Shown here piece after piece: positions 11,443 through 24,845 of a DNA stretch of 64,000 nucleotides; position 1 is the stretch's first letter; every line of letters starts with the position of its first letter. Origin of the DNA: Schmidtea nova (Eukaryota); NCBI GenBank assembly GCA_044892505.1, contig CM097883.1, positions 376,030,001 through 376,094,000 of the forward strand, read 5' to 3'. Below the pieces are notes generated by a model that worked only from the letters and a program-made list of their open reading frames with translations, was not told where the DNA came from and did no database searches. Made by a program: the position numbers and the translations under genes.

Positions 11443-12670
11443 TTAGGTTATCCGGAATGAAATGTCCGCTAAATGGATTATAATTCAAAAGGCGTATAAA
11501 TATATTTAAACATTTATTATTTAATCAAAATATTATCCATCAACATAAATACACTCTTGCCATCTTTGCGACAGCTTTTCTCTACCTTCTTTAAAAAACG
11601 TCTCATGTCTGAAGTCCAAAAATATGATAACTGTCGATTTTATCTCCTCCAAATCTTTGATCTTCCTGCCCTTGATATAACGACATAAATGTCTGAATAA
11701 GTGGAAATCAGTTGGTGATAGATCGGGTGAGTAAGGTGGCTGCAGTAAAACTTCTAATCCTAAGCCGTATAATTTGTTTACAGTGACTTTCGATACATGA
11801 GGCCTGGTGTTATCAAGCAGGATAATTGGACCTTTCCTATTAACAATTGCGGGGTGATTAATGGTGAGTTTTTCATGCATTTGTCTAGTACTACACAGAA
11901 TTGATTGTTGTACCCATTTCAGAAACCAATAATGTATTACACCATGCTTAGGCCACCAGACTGAGAGCATGACTTTCTTTTGGTGAAGTTTCGATTTTGG
12001 AAACTGATTTGGGCATTGATGTTTATCCAACCGTTCTCCTGACTGCTTACGATTATCATATTGAATTCAAGAAATGATGACATTCGATGTTATGCTTGAA
12101 GAGATAAGCAAGTTTGTAATCTGTTTAATTTCTGCAATTCAGTCAATTCATGTGGGACCCGTTTTTGAAGTTTTTGACAATACCAATTGTCTTTTAATTG
12201 TCATGAACGGTTTTTATGAGACAGGCAGACCTATAGCGAGTTCTCGAACAGATTTTGTTGAATTTTGAGCAACTTCACGTAAATCTTCCTCTTACAGCTT
12301 GACATTGGATCTACCGCAAGGCAAATTTTCGATATCAATTTCTCTGTCATTAAATGTTTAAAACCAACGCCTAATAGTTCTTTCATTAACTGTATCGCTC
12401 CCAAAAGCATTATTAATATTCCCCTCCGCCTCAACTGAATTGTTCATTTTCCACTTATATAAATAAAGAAGTCTCAAATCATGATTTTCTAACTTGTACA
12501 CTTCTATTGGAAAATGCAATTTATAGAAATGAAATTATTATAAATCTTACTTAATATTTGAATGTGAAATAAGCGCGTTCTAATCAATTAACAAATACGT
12601 TTTATATAAAAAGTTATGATGATTTAAAGCAATTATATATTATTCGAACATTTCATTTCGGAAAACCTAA
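11443..12670 (-). mobile_element. Full-length decayed mariner
   Basis: 26-bp TIRs TTAGGTTATCCGGAATGAAATGTCCG / TTAGGTTTTCCGAAATGAAATGTTCG, TA TSD; LDNTRPH, PPYSPDLSPTDFHLF. Confidence 0.92.
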
Positions 12671-12689
12671 TATTTAGAAAAGAAATTGC

Positions 12690-13664
12690 ATTATTTCATT
12701 ATTGTGTCAGAAAATGTCAGAAAATGTCAGAAAATATTGAATTTCGAATAGTTATAGTGTTTATGCTTTTGAAGAAACTAGTAGCCAAGAAATTATTGCA
12801 CAACTGCAGGATGTTTACAATAGTGCCTTTGTAAAACAACCATTAAAAACTGTATTCGTGGTTTTAAACGTGGACGCACTGGTGTTTTTGATTTTGAAAA
12901 GCCTGGCAGACCTTTGGAAGTTTGAAATGAGAAGAAAGAAATGCTGGAGAAAGTCGTAATGAAAGACCGTCGCATTGTAACAAGAGATATGTTGCATGAC
13001 TTGCTGAATGAAATGGGCATCAGGAAGCTGTGTTCACGATTTGTGTCACAATTTCTTAAGGGTAACATGCAACAAATGCGATTTGAGTGTTGTCAGAAAT
13101 ATTTGAAAAAATTGGTGATGCCTTTCTGAAACAGAAATGCCTGATGTTCCTAATCTTTTAGGACAAAAGGCTTTCTCAAATTAGATTTCGCTGTATCAGA
13201 TGTTAATATCAACATCGAATATTATATACAACTGGTTACGGAAGCAAGAACAAAGCAGCAGAAAAGAGGAAACAATGAACTCTGCCAATTGCATGACAAT
13301 GTCCAATTCACATATTTCACCTGAAAACAGCAACAATTGACTCATGTAGATTGTCACTGGTGCGTCACCCACCTTACTGTCCCAACCTCACTCTAAGTGA
13401 TATTCACTTTTCCGACAACTGAAGAAGGATTTGCTAGGAAAATTCTTTAATTGTGTCAGTGATTTGCAGCAGCATGTCTCGTGTTTGCTGGCTTTATATT
13501 AAAATGTAATTTAAGACTTGATGTCACAATGGTGAAAATACGTGGAATATAACGAAGGTAACATTGAGAAATAAACCTTTACATGTTGCTATTTTGTTGC
13601 TGAAAGTTTAAATAAAATCGGTTTCCTATTTCTTGCCGAGTTTAAGTACTTATTGGACTCGTCA
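12690..13664 (+). mobile_element. Decayed mariner, 5' TIR missing; same family as 2835-3353
   Basis: GIRKLCSRFV; HPPYCPNLTLSDIHF; 3' TIR ...AAGTACTTATTGGACTCGTCA|TA. Confidence 0.8.
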
Positions 13665-14449
13665 TATACACACCAAGTCTCAGTGAATAACATCAATGCT
13701 GACAATTATTCATAGTAACTGAATACACTTGGAAATTTATTACATTAGAATTTTTATTTTAAAAATATTTCGCAGATTTCTTGAAAATTTTTTCTATATT
13801 TTTCTGAATTTTTTGAGTGTAAATTAATTTCTATCAAAGGGCAATTTTTTTTGCAAAAAATTTGCTGCCGTTTTAAATTTGCTCATTAATGTTTAAATTT
13901 CAAATTTTCTCCCAACTCATTGTTTGAGAACATCTGGATTAATCAATTATTGCAGAGGGTTTTCAATTCAAGTCGTAAACATTTCATTCATTTTCGTAAA
14001 TTTTTTATTAAAAGAAATTTTCATTTTATCGATAACGACTAAATAAAAATTAATTTTTTTAAAAGTACATGAATTTTTGGCACTTCATTTTGCAAACATG
14101 TAAAGGAAATAAACAGTTTTAAAAAAAAACTTGCCAAAAATGCATGTATTTTTCAAAATAAATTTGATCTAGTCTTTATAAAAAATGAAAATTTATGAAA
14201 TAGAAAAGAAAAGATCGAAGGTAAATATAAGATAATTTAATGATATAAAATTAACAATTTATGTTGATCATATATAAAAACCCTTATAAACGAGAATACT
14301 AATTTGATTTTAAGAATATTTTATGATGATATATACAGATAAAGTAGGTATCTATTTCAGGTCTGCAACATAGCCTCCCCTAAAAATTTAGGACAACTTT
14401 TTGAAAATATGCCACTGGTTGTCATGGTAACCAAAAAAGTTCGCTTTAA

Positions 14450-14630
14450 GGTCACTTAATTTTTGTATAAAATTAAGTGACCTACTTAATTTTGTAAACA
14501 TTTAATTTCACCTACATAAATTTTACATTGACCTACTTATTTTTTGTAAAGATCGCCGTGACCTACTTAATTTCTGTAAAATATAAGTGGACCTATTTAA
14601 TTATACATAAAATTTTTTTTGACTTACTAA
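14450..14630. repeat. Degenerate minisatellite with GACCTACTTAATTT core
   Basis: About five irregularly spaced copies, probably subterminal repeats of a DNA transposon. Confidence 0.55.
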
Positions 14631-15373
14631 ATCTTAGCCTCAAATTAACCTTGAATACAACCTTGAACTGCTTTTTATTCCTAAATTAGACCTTGACCTA
14701 CTTTTTCTTCTTTTTCGTGCAATATATTTATTAAATTCATCGATTCATTAACCTTTTTTGCTGCGCAACAAATGTTGAGATTTCGTGCTCGCTATGCACA
14801 CATACTTCGGTGATTGCAAGTTTATTCATGTATAGTGGTTGGTCGACACTGATTTTACTATAATAAACATTTCCTATAATAACATTGCCTCTATCTTGCT
14901 AGTAAATACTTGATTTGTTTGGGTCCCCTGTATGAATAGCCGTGTTGCTCGGGGAGCAATATAAAAACACGGCGCGAGTTAACTTGCTCAGAACTTGTGA
15001 GCCACACTTTTATTTTACGAGTATATACGGTTTGAGCAGTGAAAGGGTTAGAGTTGTAAGTATAGGATTTCACTGGAATGAATAATATAGAATCCTCTGT
15101 TTATTAATAATAAGTTGTTGTTCATTACTTGACATTTCAGCAGACAGATTTAAAACATAAATATAATTGTGAGGTATTTTCGGCAGAGTTAAATATTTCG
15201 GATAATTTGTCGGCATAATTTAAAAAGAGTTTGATATTAAAAATAAGATATTATTATAAAGCAGTTAAAAGAATAATTATTCTTTTTAAATTTTAAATAT
15301 TAAATCCTTTGGATAAATATTTTAAAGTTAGTTAAATAATGGTTATTAAAAATAAGTTTTAAATTTTAAAATA

Positions 15374-16728
15374 TAGGTTTGACCGGAAAGTTTCTGCAGT
15401 TAGAAAAATTAATGCCATTCAAGTTTCTGCAGTCACGTTGATCAATGAATATATATTTAACAATGACAAATAATGTTATGAAGCAAATTAATCATCCATA
15501 TCATCAAGGAACTCAAAATAGTTTCCACCATGTTGGATGCAACGTTACCAACGTGCAGGGAGCTTGTTAATGCCAGCTGCGAAGAAATTTTCATTTTTAT
15601 TCTCTATCCACGACTCTAGCTGCACTTGAACATCTTGTGCGCAGTTGAATGTCTTGCCATGTAGAGCTGATTTGAGTGGGGAGAAGAGGTAGAAGTCGGA
15701 TGGGGCTAGATCAGGTGAGCAGGGTGGATGTGGTACGACGTTGAGATGAAGTTCAGCCAGCTTCGCCTGAGTTAGATGAGCGGTATGTGGCTTAGCATTG
15801 TCATGCTGAAGGTAATGGCATCCATCCAACATTCTTCTGCGCCTTTATCCGGCAAAGCATCCTTCAAATTGTCAAGCAATGAGCAATAATGGTTGGCATT
15901 CATTGTTGCACCACAAGGCAAAACATCCATTAAAATGACCCCTTTTGCAGTCCCAAAAAATTGTTAACAAATGTTTCTTGCTGGTAAGACTGCCTCTCAC
16001 CTCGGTATGTGGTTCGTCACCAGCTCCTCGCCATGATCGATGGTGTTTGCTCACACTTCCATGCCAGTAGACCCAACTTTCATCAATAGTGATCATACGA
16101 TGCAGGAAATTGTTTTTTCATACATTTCCAGAAGTATTCTGCATACATCCAGTCTTTTTTCCTTTTGTGCGTCCGTTAAGAACTGTGTAATCCACACTGT
16201 TGAAAGATATCGCTTTCCCATCTTTAGTAGATGACTTCTCACTGTCTCTCTTCCAACTTGTAACTCAAAAGCAATTTCTCTAACAGAGGCATGATGATTC
16301 TCATCAAGAATTGCTTCAATCTGGTCATCTATGTCACAGGAAGGTCGTCCACTTTGGCAACCCATTCATAGCATGTTCGAATACTCACTGTTCCTTCCCC
16401 TTTTGTGTTGTTGATTTCTTTTCCGATGTCTCTGGTTGATAGGCCTCGTTTCCAGCAGTAGTAAATTAGTTTTCTAACGTCTTCGCGATTAAAATCCATG
16501 ATGTTTTCAATTTAAAGCCAAATTCTGCATAAACGCAAAAAGACAATATAAACAAATTAAACAGTTTCATTAAAATGACATTGATATTCTTAGATTTTTT
16601 AAACTAAATTTCGTTTATAACATCAAAAATTATCCTTCTTTGTGTCTACAAAATTTGAAATATATGATATGCATAGATCTTGAATGGCATTAAATTTTCT
16701 AACTGCAGAAACTTTCCGGTCAAACCTG
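15374..16728 (-). mobile_element. Full-length decayed mariner with ~50 bp TIRs
   Basis: TIR (C/T)AGGTTTGACCGGAAAGTTTCTGCAGTTAGAAAA at both ends, TA TSD; ITIDESWVY, HDNAKPH, HPPCSPDLAPSDFYLF. Confidence 0.92.
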
Positions 16729-17330
16729 TATAATTTTAAATAAAAAATTAACTCGATTTGTATTTTTGATATTGAATTCTTCTGACAAATTGTTTTGAAA
16801 TTGTTTAATTCAATGCCGAACAGTTTGTTTAAATATTAAACATTATTGTGGTATTAATAAATTTTGGAATATGAATTCATGTTTTTTCAAGCACCTTAGA
16901 AGATGCTCTCGTAACATCTAACAATAATTATTAAAAGTTCGAAATTGAATGAAACGTTTATGAATTAGTTTGAAAAATGCGTATTGGACTGAAAACCCTG
17001 CAACTGCCAATGTTATTTTACCATTATGGTAATACAAGGAGTATTGTTATAATTCAGCGCCACTAACAAAATATAACCCATTAAATATCATAGGCCAGAA
17101 ATAGACCTATAGAAAAACGGAAAACGAATGTTGGTAATTATAATGCAATTATTCAAGTGGCGGATGAAAGGTTGCTATTAAAAGGATCTCATTATTAGAT
17201 ATTTATGATAACTTCAGAGGCGTGGAAACAAGAGACGCTAAAACCGATTGAAAAGAAATTCTGATGCAAGAAATAAAAAAGATAAATCAGTCGGTTAAAG
17301 ATTCAAATTTCAGAAAGCAAGGAAACAAAC

Positions 17331-17501
17331 CCGGCAAATTCATTGGCAAGGCAATGAGAGATTTATTGGAATGGACTTTTTTGTCAACTTCCGTGTTGGC
17401 AAGTAAACACATCCAATCGGCTTGCAAGCCATTTGTAATCCACATTTTACCACCATTTATAACCAAATCGTCACCATCGAATCGTGCTGTAGTTTTGATT
17501 G
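17331..17501 (-). CDS. Acyl-CoA dehydrogenase exon 5
   Basis: AG/GT bounded, phase 1 to 1; (A)IKTTARFDGDDLVINGGKMWITNGLQADWMCLLANT...SLIALPMNLP. Confidence 0.9.
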
Positions 17502-17899
17502 CTGAAATGAAACGAGTTATTTGTTTGACTTGGATTTTCGAATATTTCATTAATATAACAAACATGACTAGTTCTCAGCAGTGTTGGATTTAAGTAAATT
17601 GTAAATTATTGATTTGTACTTTGTTCCTCTTTCTACGTGCTCAAAATATTCAGTTGTAAACTCCTTACAATATAGTAGTTTATTGTCGATATCACAATGG
17701 TCATTATTTTCCGAAAACAGTCAGTATGTTGTTATCAGTAAATTATTCTCACTTATTTTAATTAATTGATCCGTAGAAATAATTATTTGATCAATATACT
17801 AATTGAATTGTTGTTCAATAAAAAATTAATTCGTTTAATTAATATTTTAAATTAATATATTTTTTAATGAATGATCAAAATTAAATCGGTATCCAGATC

Positions 17900-19690
17900 G
17901 AAAATTTTTCTTCAACAATATTCTTCCTACGAGGATGAAGAAAGAAAAACAGCTGTAAAATAATCTAAAAAGGAAAGCAAAAAAGAAAAATCAAATGGGA
18001 TATTGAACAAAGATTTTCTAATCAGGAAGCCATGAAAACAAAAATGTTGGAGTTATCGATATTCCCATGAAATAGGTTGTAAGAAAGCATATTATCATTG
18101 CAACAAAGTCAAAAAGCCCAGATTCTCAATGTCCAGTTAGTCCAAAATTGTGTTCCATGTTTTTTTTAAAGAATATGCGACTTCTAAGATAGATATGAGA
18201 AAACATCCAAGAAAAAAGTTGTAGGCAATGACGAGACACACATTATATTTGCAAAATACTTTCATTTTGGTCAACCCAATTTATCGAAATCTCGTTCCAA
18301 AGTTTCGTCTAAAAGCACTTGTAAAAATCATATTGAATTTAAAGTGCAAATAAAGTGCAAACAAATAATCAAGTATAACATTTTATTAATAAGTGCTACT
18401 AAATATTTTCAAGTGCCAATATGTTTTAAAAAGTTTTGCACAATATTTTAAAGTGCAACTATTGATTTTTAAGTGCTAAAATGTGCAAAATGCTAATTTA
18501 TGTGCAGAAATCATAGTTTTTCATAGGGTTACTCAGTTCTTTATAGGTTTTTTGTTGCATCAACTAATGGTTATCCCCGTGACATTTTTTGTCTGAAAAA
18601 TTTAATTTTTTCAAGATTTTTCTTCAGCAAAAAATTACCATAAATTTTTTTTATGGAAATGAGTTAACGAGTCGATTATCAATCTCCATTAAACTCAAAA
18701 TTCCAAGTAAACTACTTGACTAATTTCAAGATGATGCATATCATTAGACTCTGAAACATGTGCCTCATTTTTTGGTCAAAAATATTTTGTAAAAATATCG
18801 ATTATAAATAGTTTGTTTTCTCCAGCGACAGAAACATTATATCAAAATAATTTTTACATCGTTAGACTCATAATCAAATTAACCTTAAGTTGATCTAAAA
18901 ACTATGCAAAAAAGTATTGATTTTTATTTTTTCACACACTGCACTTTTAGTTTTTCATATGTTATCTAAAGTATTTCCATGAATATTCTACATCATTCGA
19001 CTTGTAACTAAATTTTTTATAAGGATGTGTATATATTTTTGTGTAAATACTGATTTTTGAATTTTGCACATTTTGCACTAAGCCTTTTTTATAAGTTCTA
19101 TAAATATTTTTCAACATATTTTTACATCATCCAACTCGTAATCGTGTATACTACAAAGTTCTAAATAAAACAAAACCCAAAGAGGTCGTAATTTTTAGGT
19201 TTCAAAATCATTTTTGTTACGATGGTGGCAACTATCTGTGAAAAATGGTCCAAACTGTTAAAAGACAGATAGTGTTTGCAAATGGGACTTTAATTAGAGA
19301 AACAGCTTGAACTTTAGATTAAGAATGGTGCAAATCGAGCCAAGATATTGTAGAATTATTTATTACAGCTCAGAAACAATGTACAACTTATCTATTGAAG
19401 CGATTAAGAATGTGGAAGAAATGCGCTGGACATCTTTTGAACAATTCAAAAATGGAATTTTAGCGTTAACATTACAACATTGCCAAATGAAACAAAAAAA
19501 TAATCATGGAAAACAATGAGTGCATGCACTCGTGGAGATTATTTCAAAATATATTCGTGTAAGCATATTATCGGCATTGCGATTCGACAAAAGTATTCAA
19601 AGGTTCCTGAAATAGTAAAAAAGGTTGCAATTGGAAACAAACAAAAAAAGAGGACAAAAACAAAGGCAATAAAAGCTTCGTTGCATTAAA
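17900..19690 (+). mobile_element. Decayed MULE/SWIM-type transposase remnants with AAGTGC-repeat arrays
   Basis: C-terminal CxxxxYFKIYSCKHIIGIAIRQK...VAIGNKQKK (SWIM-like) at ~19520-19690; AAGTGC arrays at 18340-18520 and inverted copies at 18930-19090. Confidence 0.5.
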
Positions 19691-20151
19691 AATTTTAATT
19701 AATAATTACTTATTTATTTTAATTTCTTATCTATTTATGTTTTTATAAATTTACTGATTAATAAATACTTACTTAAAATATTAAAAATACTGTCAAATTT
19801 TAGATAAATACTGATCACTTATTTGATTTATACTGTTACATTTTAACTTTAAAATTGACGAAAGTATTAATAATAATAATTAATTTTTGTAATTGACAGA
19901 AAGTTCATATTATACTGTTTTACTTGTATTATCTTATTTTGATATACATAAGTTGATCGCCAGTTACTATAAGCTTATCTTGGAACTCTGTTTTGAATAA
20001 TATAAATTCTTGAACACATTCGATACCATGACAATCATATCGATAATACATCAAAACTGCGACCATTAGATCTGTTTTTCTGTCGTATTGATAAAGGTGA
20101 CCAGTTCTTCGGAATCGGTTTTATAGTTCGATGCACGGTTAAACATAGTGT

Positions 20152-20977
20152 TGTTGGGGTTGTTAAATAAACAGAAAATTAAAATTAAAAAGCACAAAAA
20201 CTATGTGCAAATTAATAAAATACGAAAATTGGAAAAATAATAACTTAAGTGCAAATGTTAATTTAAAATTTATAAAATTCAAAAATAAAGATTTAGAGGG
20301 GGGAAACTGGTATGGGAGGATGCCAAATTATGAGACGAATTCAGATATTGGCATATAAATTAAAAAGGGGTCCCCAGAAGAAAAGAATTAACAAATTAAT
20401 TAAGAATTTTTTGGCTAATGGGAAACCCGAGACATTGGAGAGCCCGAATAGTGAGGGAAGCCCGGGCGAGCAATATGACAGGTAATTATTCCTGAAGAAA
20501 TACCTTTAGAGGAGACCCGAAGAGCGTAGTCGACAGATAGATAATTAGTAATTTAGGAAATGTCAAATCGGGAACTACCGTTAGACAGCTTCAGCAGAGT
20601 GGAAAATCCATCACCAGAAGCAATATAAAAAGGAGCGGCAAACATCAAATTTTGCCAGAATGGTCGAAGAAAAAGTAAGTAAATTTGGAACTAGAGAACC
20701 CGATAAACGAATTAGGAGCGGCAGTTTAAAAGTTAGAAGTTAAATTCTTTCTTCAAGCGTACCAGAAAGGGAGATCTTCCTTACACTGAGTTAGAAAAGC
20801 AGTTCCATAAAAGTTATTGTGAAATTTTATACAGAGACTTGTTGTGTTAGAAATTGTGTCAGAGAATTGTCATAGTTTCGAATAAATTCTTCTGTGTTGG
20901 GTTATTTCATTGAATCTAGTTTAAATAACACCAAGGAGTCAGACTTACAGCACCGGCTAAACAAGCAATACCAAACA
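20152..20977 (+). repeat. Solo LTR
   Basis: TGTTGGGG...CCAAACA termini, TATAAAAAGG, AATAAA followed by GGAGTCAG; imperfect TSD GTGT/GAGT; similar to 34748-35560. Confidence 0.65.
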
Positions 20978-21144
20978 GAGTATTGGTGATTGCGATTGGC
21001 TAATTTTCATGATTGTCCATGCTGATTGCTTGATGACTAGCTCGAAATGAGACAGTTGTTGAGTAGTTAGTGTAGATGATTGTTGAAAGGTTAATCTAAA
21101 GTCTGTCGTGTATATGTAGGTTACCTGCTTGTAAAGTATATTGT

Positions 21145-21146
<2 letters not shown>

Positions 21147-21203
<57 letters not shown>
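21147..21203. repeat. (TA)n microsatellite
   Basis: Perfect run abutting a Tc1-like end. Confidence 0.95.
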
Positions 21204-21207
<4 letters not shown>

Positions 21208-21510
21208 GGGTGCGATAAACTGGCAATAACTTTATCTCTACTTATTTCATATGCTTCTTATTAATTTTCTTAAAATATGTTTCTAATGCTATTATTAACA
21301 TCATTATTTCAGATATAAAGTATTGAATTCTGAGAGCACTCATTATGTCAAGGAATACGACGTGAGAGCAATGATAATTTCTGGACTGTGCGTTGGGCAA
21401 ACTACTAAGGAAATAGCGGATTTTAATAACATCACTTTACGCACAGTTAACAACGTGAAGCAGGTGTATGATGCTGATTCTGTAGTCTAGCCAGCAAGAA
21501 AAGCACATAA
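21204..21510 (+). mobile_element. 5' fragment of a Tc1/maT-like transposon
   Basis: TA|GGGTGGGTGCGATAAACTGGCAATA end; HTH-like KEYDVRAMIISGLCVGQTTKEIADFNNITLRTVNNVK. Confidence 0.55.
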
Positions 21511-22182
21511 TTTGTTACTTTTTAAATTTTCATGTTTTAATTGATTTGCACTTAGTTTTGTGCGTTTTATTTTATGGCGTGCCTGTTCAGAGAAACCCCA
21601 ACATTATTATGGATAGAACTGGGCGTGCTTTGTAGCTTGCTTTTTGTGAATTTTTGAAAGACGATATAATGTTACAGTTTGCGAGCCAACTGCGTAAAGT
21701 TGCTTACGATGATCACAATTTGAATGCTTACCTTTTATCTTAAGAATGTCTTCCTCTTTTTAAGGAGGAAATTTTATATGTGTATGTAAATTGACGGCCT
21801 TCTAGTATTACAAGTCCATTTCTTTATCGAACTTACAAACCTTTACCGACTTTTTTAGAATGTGTTTTAAAAAACAGCAAAGTTAAAAGTATTTTGTAAT
21901 TTCGTTTTTCTCAAGATTCTCCTTCATAATTAACGTTAAAATTAAATCTAATTAAATCTCGCTTGCAATATAAATCACAAATAAACAGATCACATTGATA
22001 TATGTCGTAAACGAATTTTATAAACGGCTGAGTTTAAAAGTTTCCATATAATATGGTCAATTCTAAATTTGTGATTTAAAAATTGTTTATGGGAAAATTA
22101 TGAATTTTTAGTTGTTGTTATACTGAATCAATTTCGGATTCAGAATTTTCTGGTTTGTTTATATTTTAAAAGATTTTGTAGA

Positions 22183-23104
22183 ATGGATGTAAAAAGGTCT
22201 GAAAATGATGATGGGAAATTATGCCATGAGAGGTATGACATGTTGAATATGTCGAATGTTAAATTGGATTTAAAACAAATAGAGTGCATGGAAGAAATAT
22301 TCAAACGTGTTCAGTTTAAAAATCTTAATTTTGAAAATGCAAGTTTAGATGAAAAGTCTTCTGCATCATTGTTTGAGATTATTGAGTTTTATGAATCTTG
22401 TTCAAAATTGGATTGCAATGGATTTAATGCCTATTCTAGAATGCTGAAAAAAACTCCTTTTCTAGAATGTATCGAGTTGGAAGGAATAATGTCCACAGAA
22501 ACTACGATTCCACCGTTAAACAGAGCCCTACGCTGTGGCAGCAATTTGAAAATTCTATATTTAGAGAACCCTAATATATGCTTGAAAAATTTACTAATTC
22601 TAACTTCGGCACTCAAATCAAATATCCTCATGAGAGAACTTCATTTATCCAGCAATCGAAAGGTGCCTTCTGATGGAATTCAATTACGATTATTGCTCAA
22701 AGTCAACAGGCATATCGAAATACTCGATGTAGGAAATAATTCCCTGGACTGAGTCATATTTATGATCGTCTTAGTGAACAATTTCCGCCTCAACCAAGTA
22801 AAGATGATGAAAATCATGGACAAGGATTGTGTGTCTTATTTTGTGGAGTAATTCTAGTACGTACAATGGAATGCCTGCATTGGCGGAGGCCCTTAAAGTG
22901 AACAGGAGCTTGCAATCACTTAATTTAGGAAACAATCCAATTTCCAGTGAAGGTATGCACGCTCTTCACGATGGTCTTCTAGTCAATCGATCGTTATTGC
23001 GACTAAGTTTGCCCTGTTGTCGCATTACTTGTGAAGTTGGAGTAGCAATTGCTTAATATTTAGCCGAGACAAAGCAGTTAATGCGACTTGATTTACGTGA
23101 TAAT
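22183..23104 (+). pseudogene. PPP1R37: Intronless PPP1R37 (LRRC68)-like LRR fragment with stops and a deletion
   Basis: MEEIFKRVQFK..LDEKSSASLFEIIEFYES, ALRCGSNLKILYLEN, LILWSNS, LNLGNNPISSEG, NRSLLRLSL..ITCE, LMRLDLRDN match PPP1R37 in order. Confidence 0.8.
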
Positions 23105-23200
23105 GACAGTAATTCGTTAGATTTCAACGTTGAAGAGTATATGAAAGAAGCCACCGCAAGTTCCATTTGTAGATGCCATGGGAATTTCAATTCAAATTAA
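23105..23200 (+). pseudogene. Fragment of the PKA-like gene N-terminus
   Basis: gacagtaattcgttagatttcaacgttgaagagtatatgaaagaagccaccgcaag aligns with 37144 onward (gacagcaattcgttagaattcaacgtcgaagattatatgaaaaaagccacagcaag). Confidence 0.88.
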
Positions 23201-23504
23201 TGTCTTCGTGATTTAAATATGGCAATCGTGTTAATGCTTTTGCGTGTCTCTGACGGTAATCCCCCTGAAGATTGCTTCAAATCTATCTAAGTGGAAATTT
23301 CCGTAGATTATTGGTAAAAGAAGATTTACTGCAATCACTTATTTCTCACNNNNNNNNNNNNNNNNNNNNNNNNNNNNNNNNNNNNNNNNNNNNNNNNNNN
23401 NNNNNNNNNNNNNNNNNNNNNNNNNNNNNNNNNNNNNNNNNNNNNNNNNNNNNNNNNNNNNNNNNNNNNNNNNNNNNNNNNNNNNNNNNNNNNTCGTTCT
23501 CATC

Positions 23505-23966
23505 TTGGTGAAGAAGCATTATATGCAACCATTTACATTGCTTGGATGGACTTATGTGACACTGCTAATAATAGTCACTTGTTCGCATTTTATGATGATC
23601 AGTTTATTCTATGGAATTATGTGGTGTGCAGTTACAGTTTCTATGAATCTATTATTATGTATGTTTGGGTTTTTCGTCGGGAGAACTCCGCTAATTAAAT
23701 TGTCTACATTGGTCTTTGCTAATAATTTCTATCAAGCCTTGATCAACTGGCCTGGATCTAACAATATATGTGGCCCAAATCGTCTTCTGAAATCTTACCT
23801 AACAGTATTCAGCTTTGTGGGCGTCTATTCAAAGTTACTCATGTCTAGAAGTGCAGTTGTAATTTGTGATAAATTCTTGTTTCAACAAAATAAATATCAT
23901 ATTTTTTTAAATAGGTGTTTTATAATACAATTAGTGAAAAACGTAATTATTGAGAGTATTTTATAA
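23505..23966 (+). pseudogene. Hydrophobic multi-pass membrane protein-like fragment, family unidentified
   Basis: Two to three hydrophobic stretches directly after an N gap. Confidence 0.3.
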
Positions 23967-24845
23967 GAGGCAAGTACTATATTTATTTATATTTTATAGA
24001 TTTTTAAAAGGTTTTTGGCTCTGGGACATATTTGTCCCAATAGTCTTGTAAAGTTTTTAATTTTGGTTTTAGATTTAGTAATAAAAAATGAATGCAAAAG
24101 AAATTGAAGAACATTTGCTGAACTTATCGGATGGTTCAGCCTGTATTGATCCTTGAAAAAGCCATGACAATGAAAGCCGCCACGAAAGGGTTAAAGTTCA
24201 TTTAGTGCTTAATAAATTCCATTTTACAACTCGAAATTATTTTGCAAAATTAAAAAGTTCTACTTAAATGTAAATTTCATGGCAGATGGGAATTATTCTC
24301 CTCTGTAAAACTTACGTTCCAGCATTCATCTTGTTCAAAGATTGATATTACCTGATAAAAACAGAAAAGACTTCCGCCAAAATATCGCTATTTTCATAAA
24401 AGATAAATATAATGGACATTTTTAAAAAATCATTTTCGACATGTAATTATTTTTTTTTTGAAAATTATCGATTGAATTTGATTTTTCTTGATTTTATAGA
24501 GAATTAGCATTGATTTTAGAGCGTTTTCTTATAAAACATAACAATGTGCATTTTTCCATTTGGGTCACTAGGCTAATATTAGCTCGTTCCCACGGTTACC
24601 AAAATACGATGATAACCTGGCGGTGATTTATTGTGTTTTACAGAAATAAATAAATAAGTTATCAGGAAAACAGAATAAATTGATTTTTTTATAACATGAG
24701 TTATCGCGCATTTGAGGGTTAAGGGATCAATTATTCACACTGGCGCAGCAGTGACACTTTTGTCTTTAAATTAATCCAAACCTATTGTTTATATGGTCAA
24801 AAACAATTATGGTTATAAATTACAAATAATAGATTTCTAAATAAC

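Noticed and set aside
23505-23966. TM9SF/nonaspanin assignment
   Set aside because: Only general hydrophobicity matches; no diagnostic motif
24316-24351. 36-bp AG/GTAAGT-bounded mini-exon in ACAD intron 4
   Set aside because: In the required phase 1 it reads into a TGA, and exons 4 and 5 already join correctly
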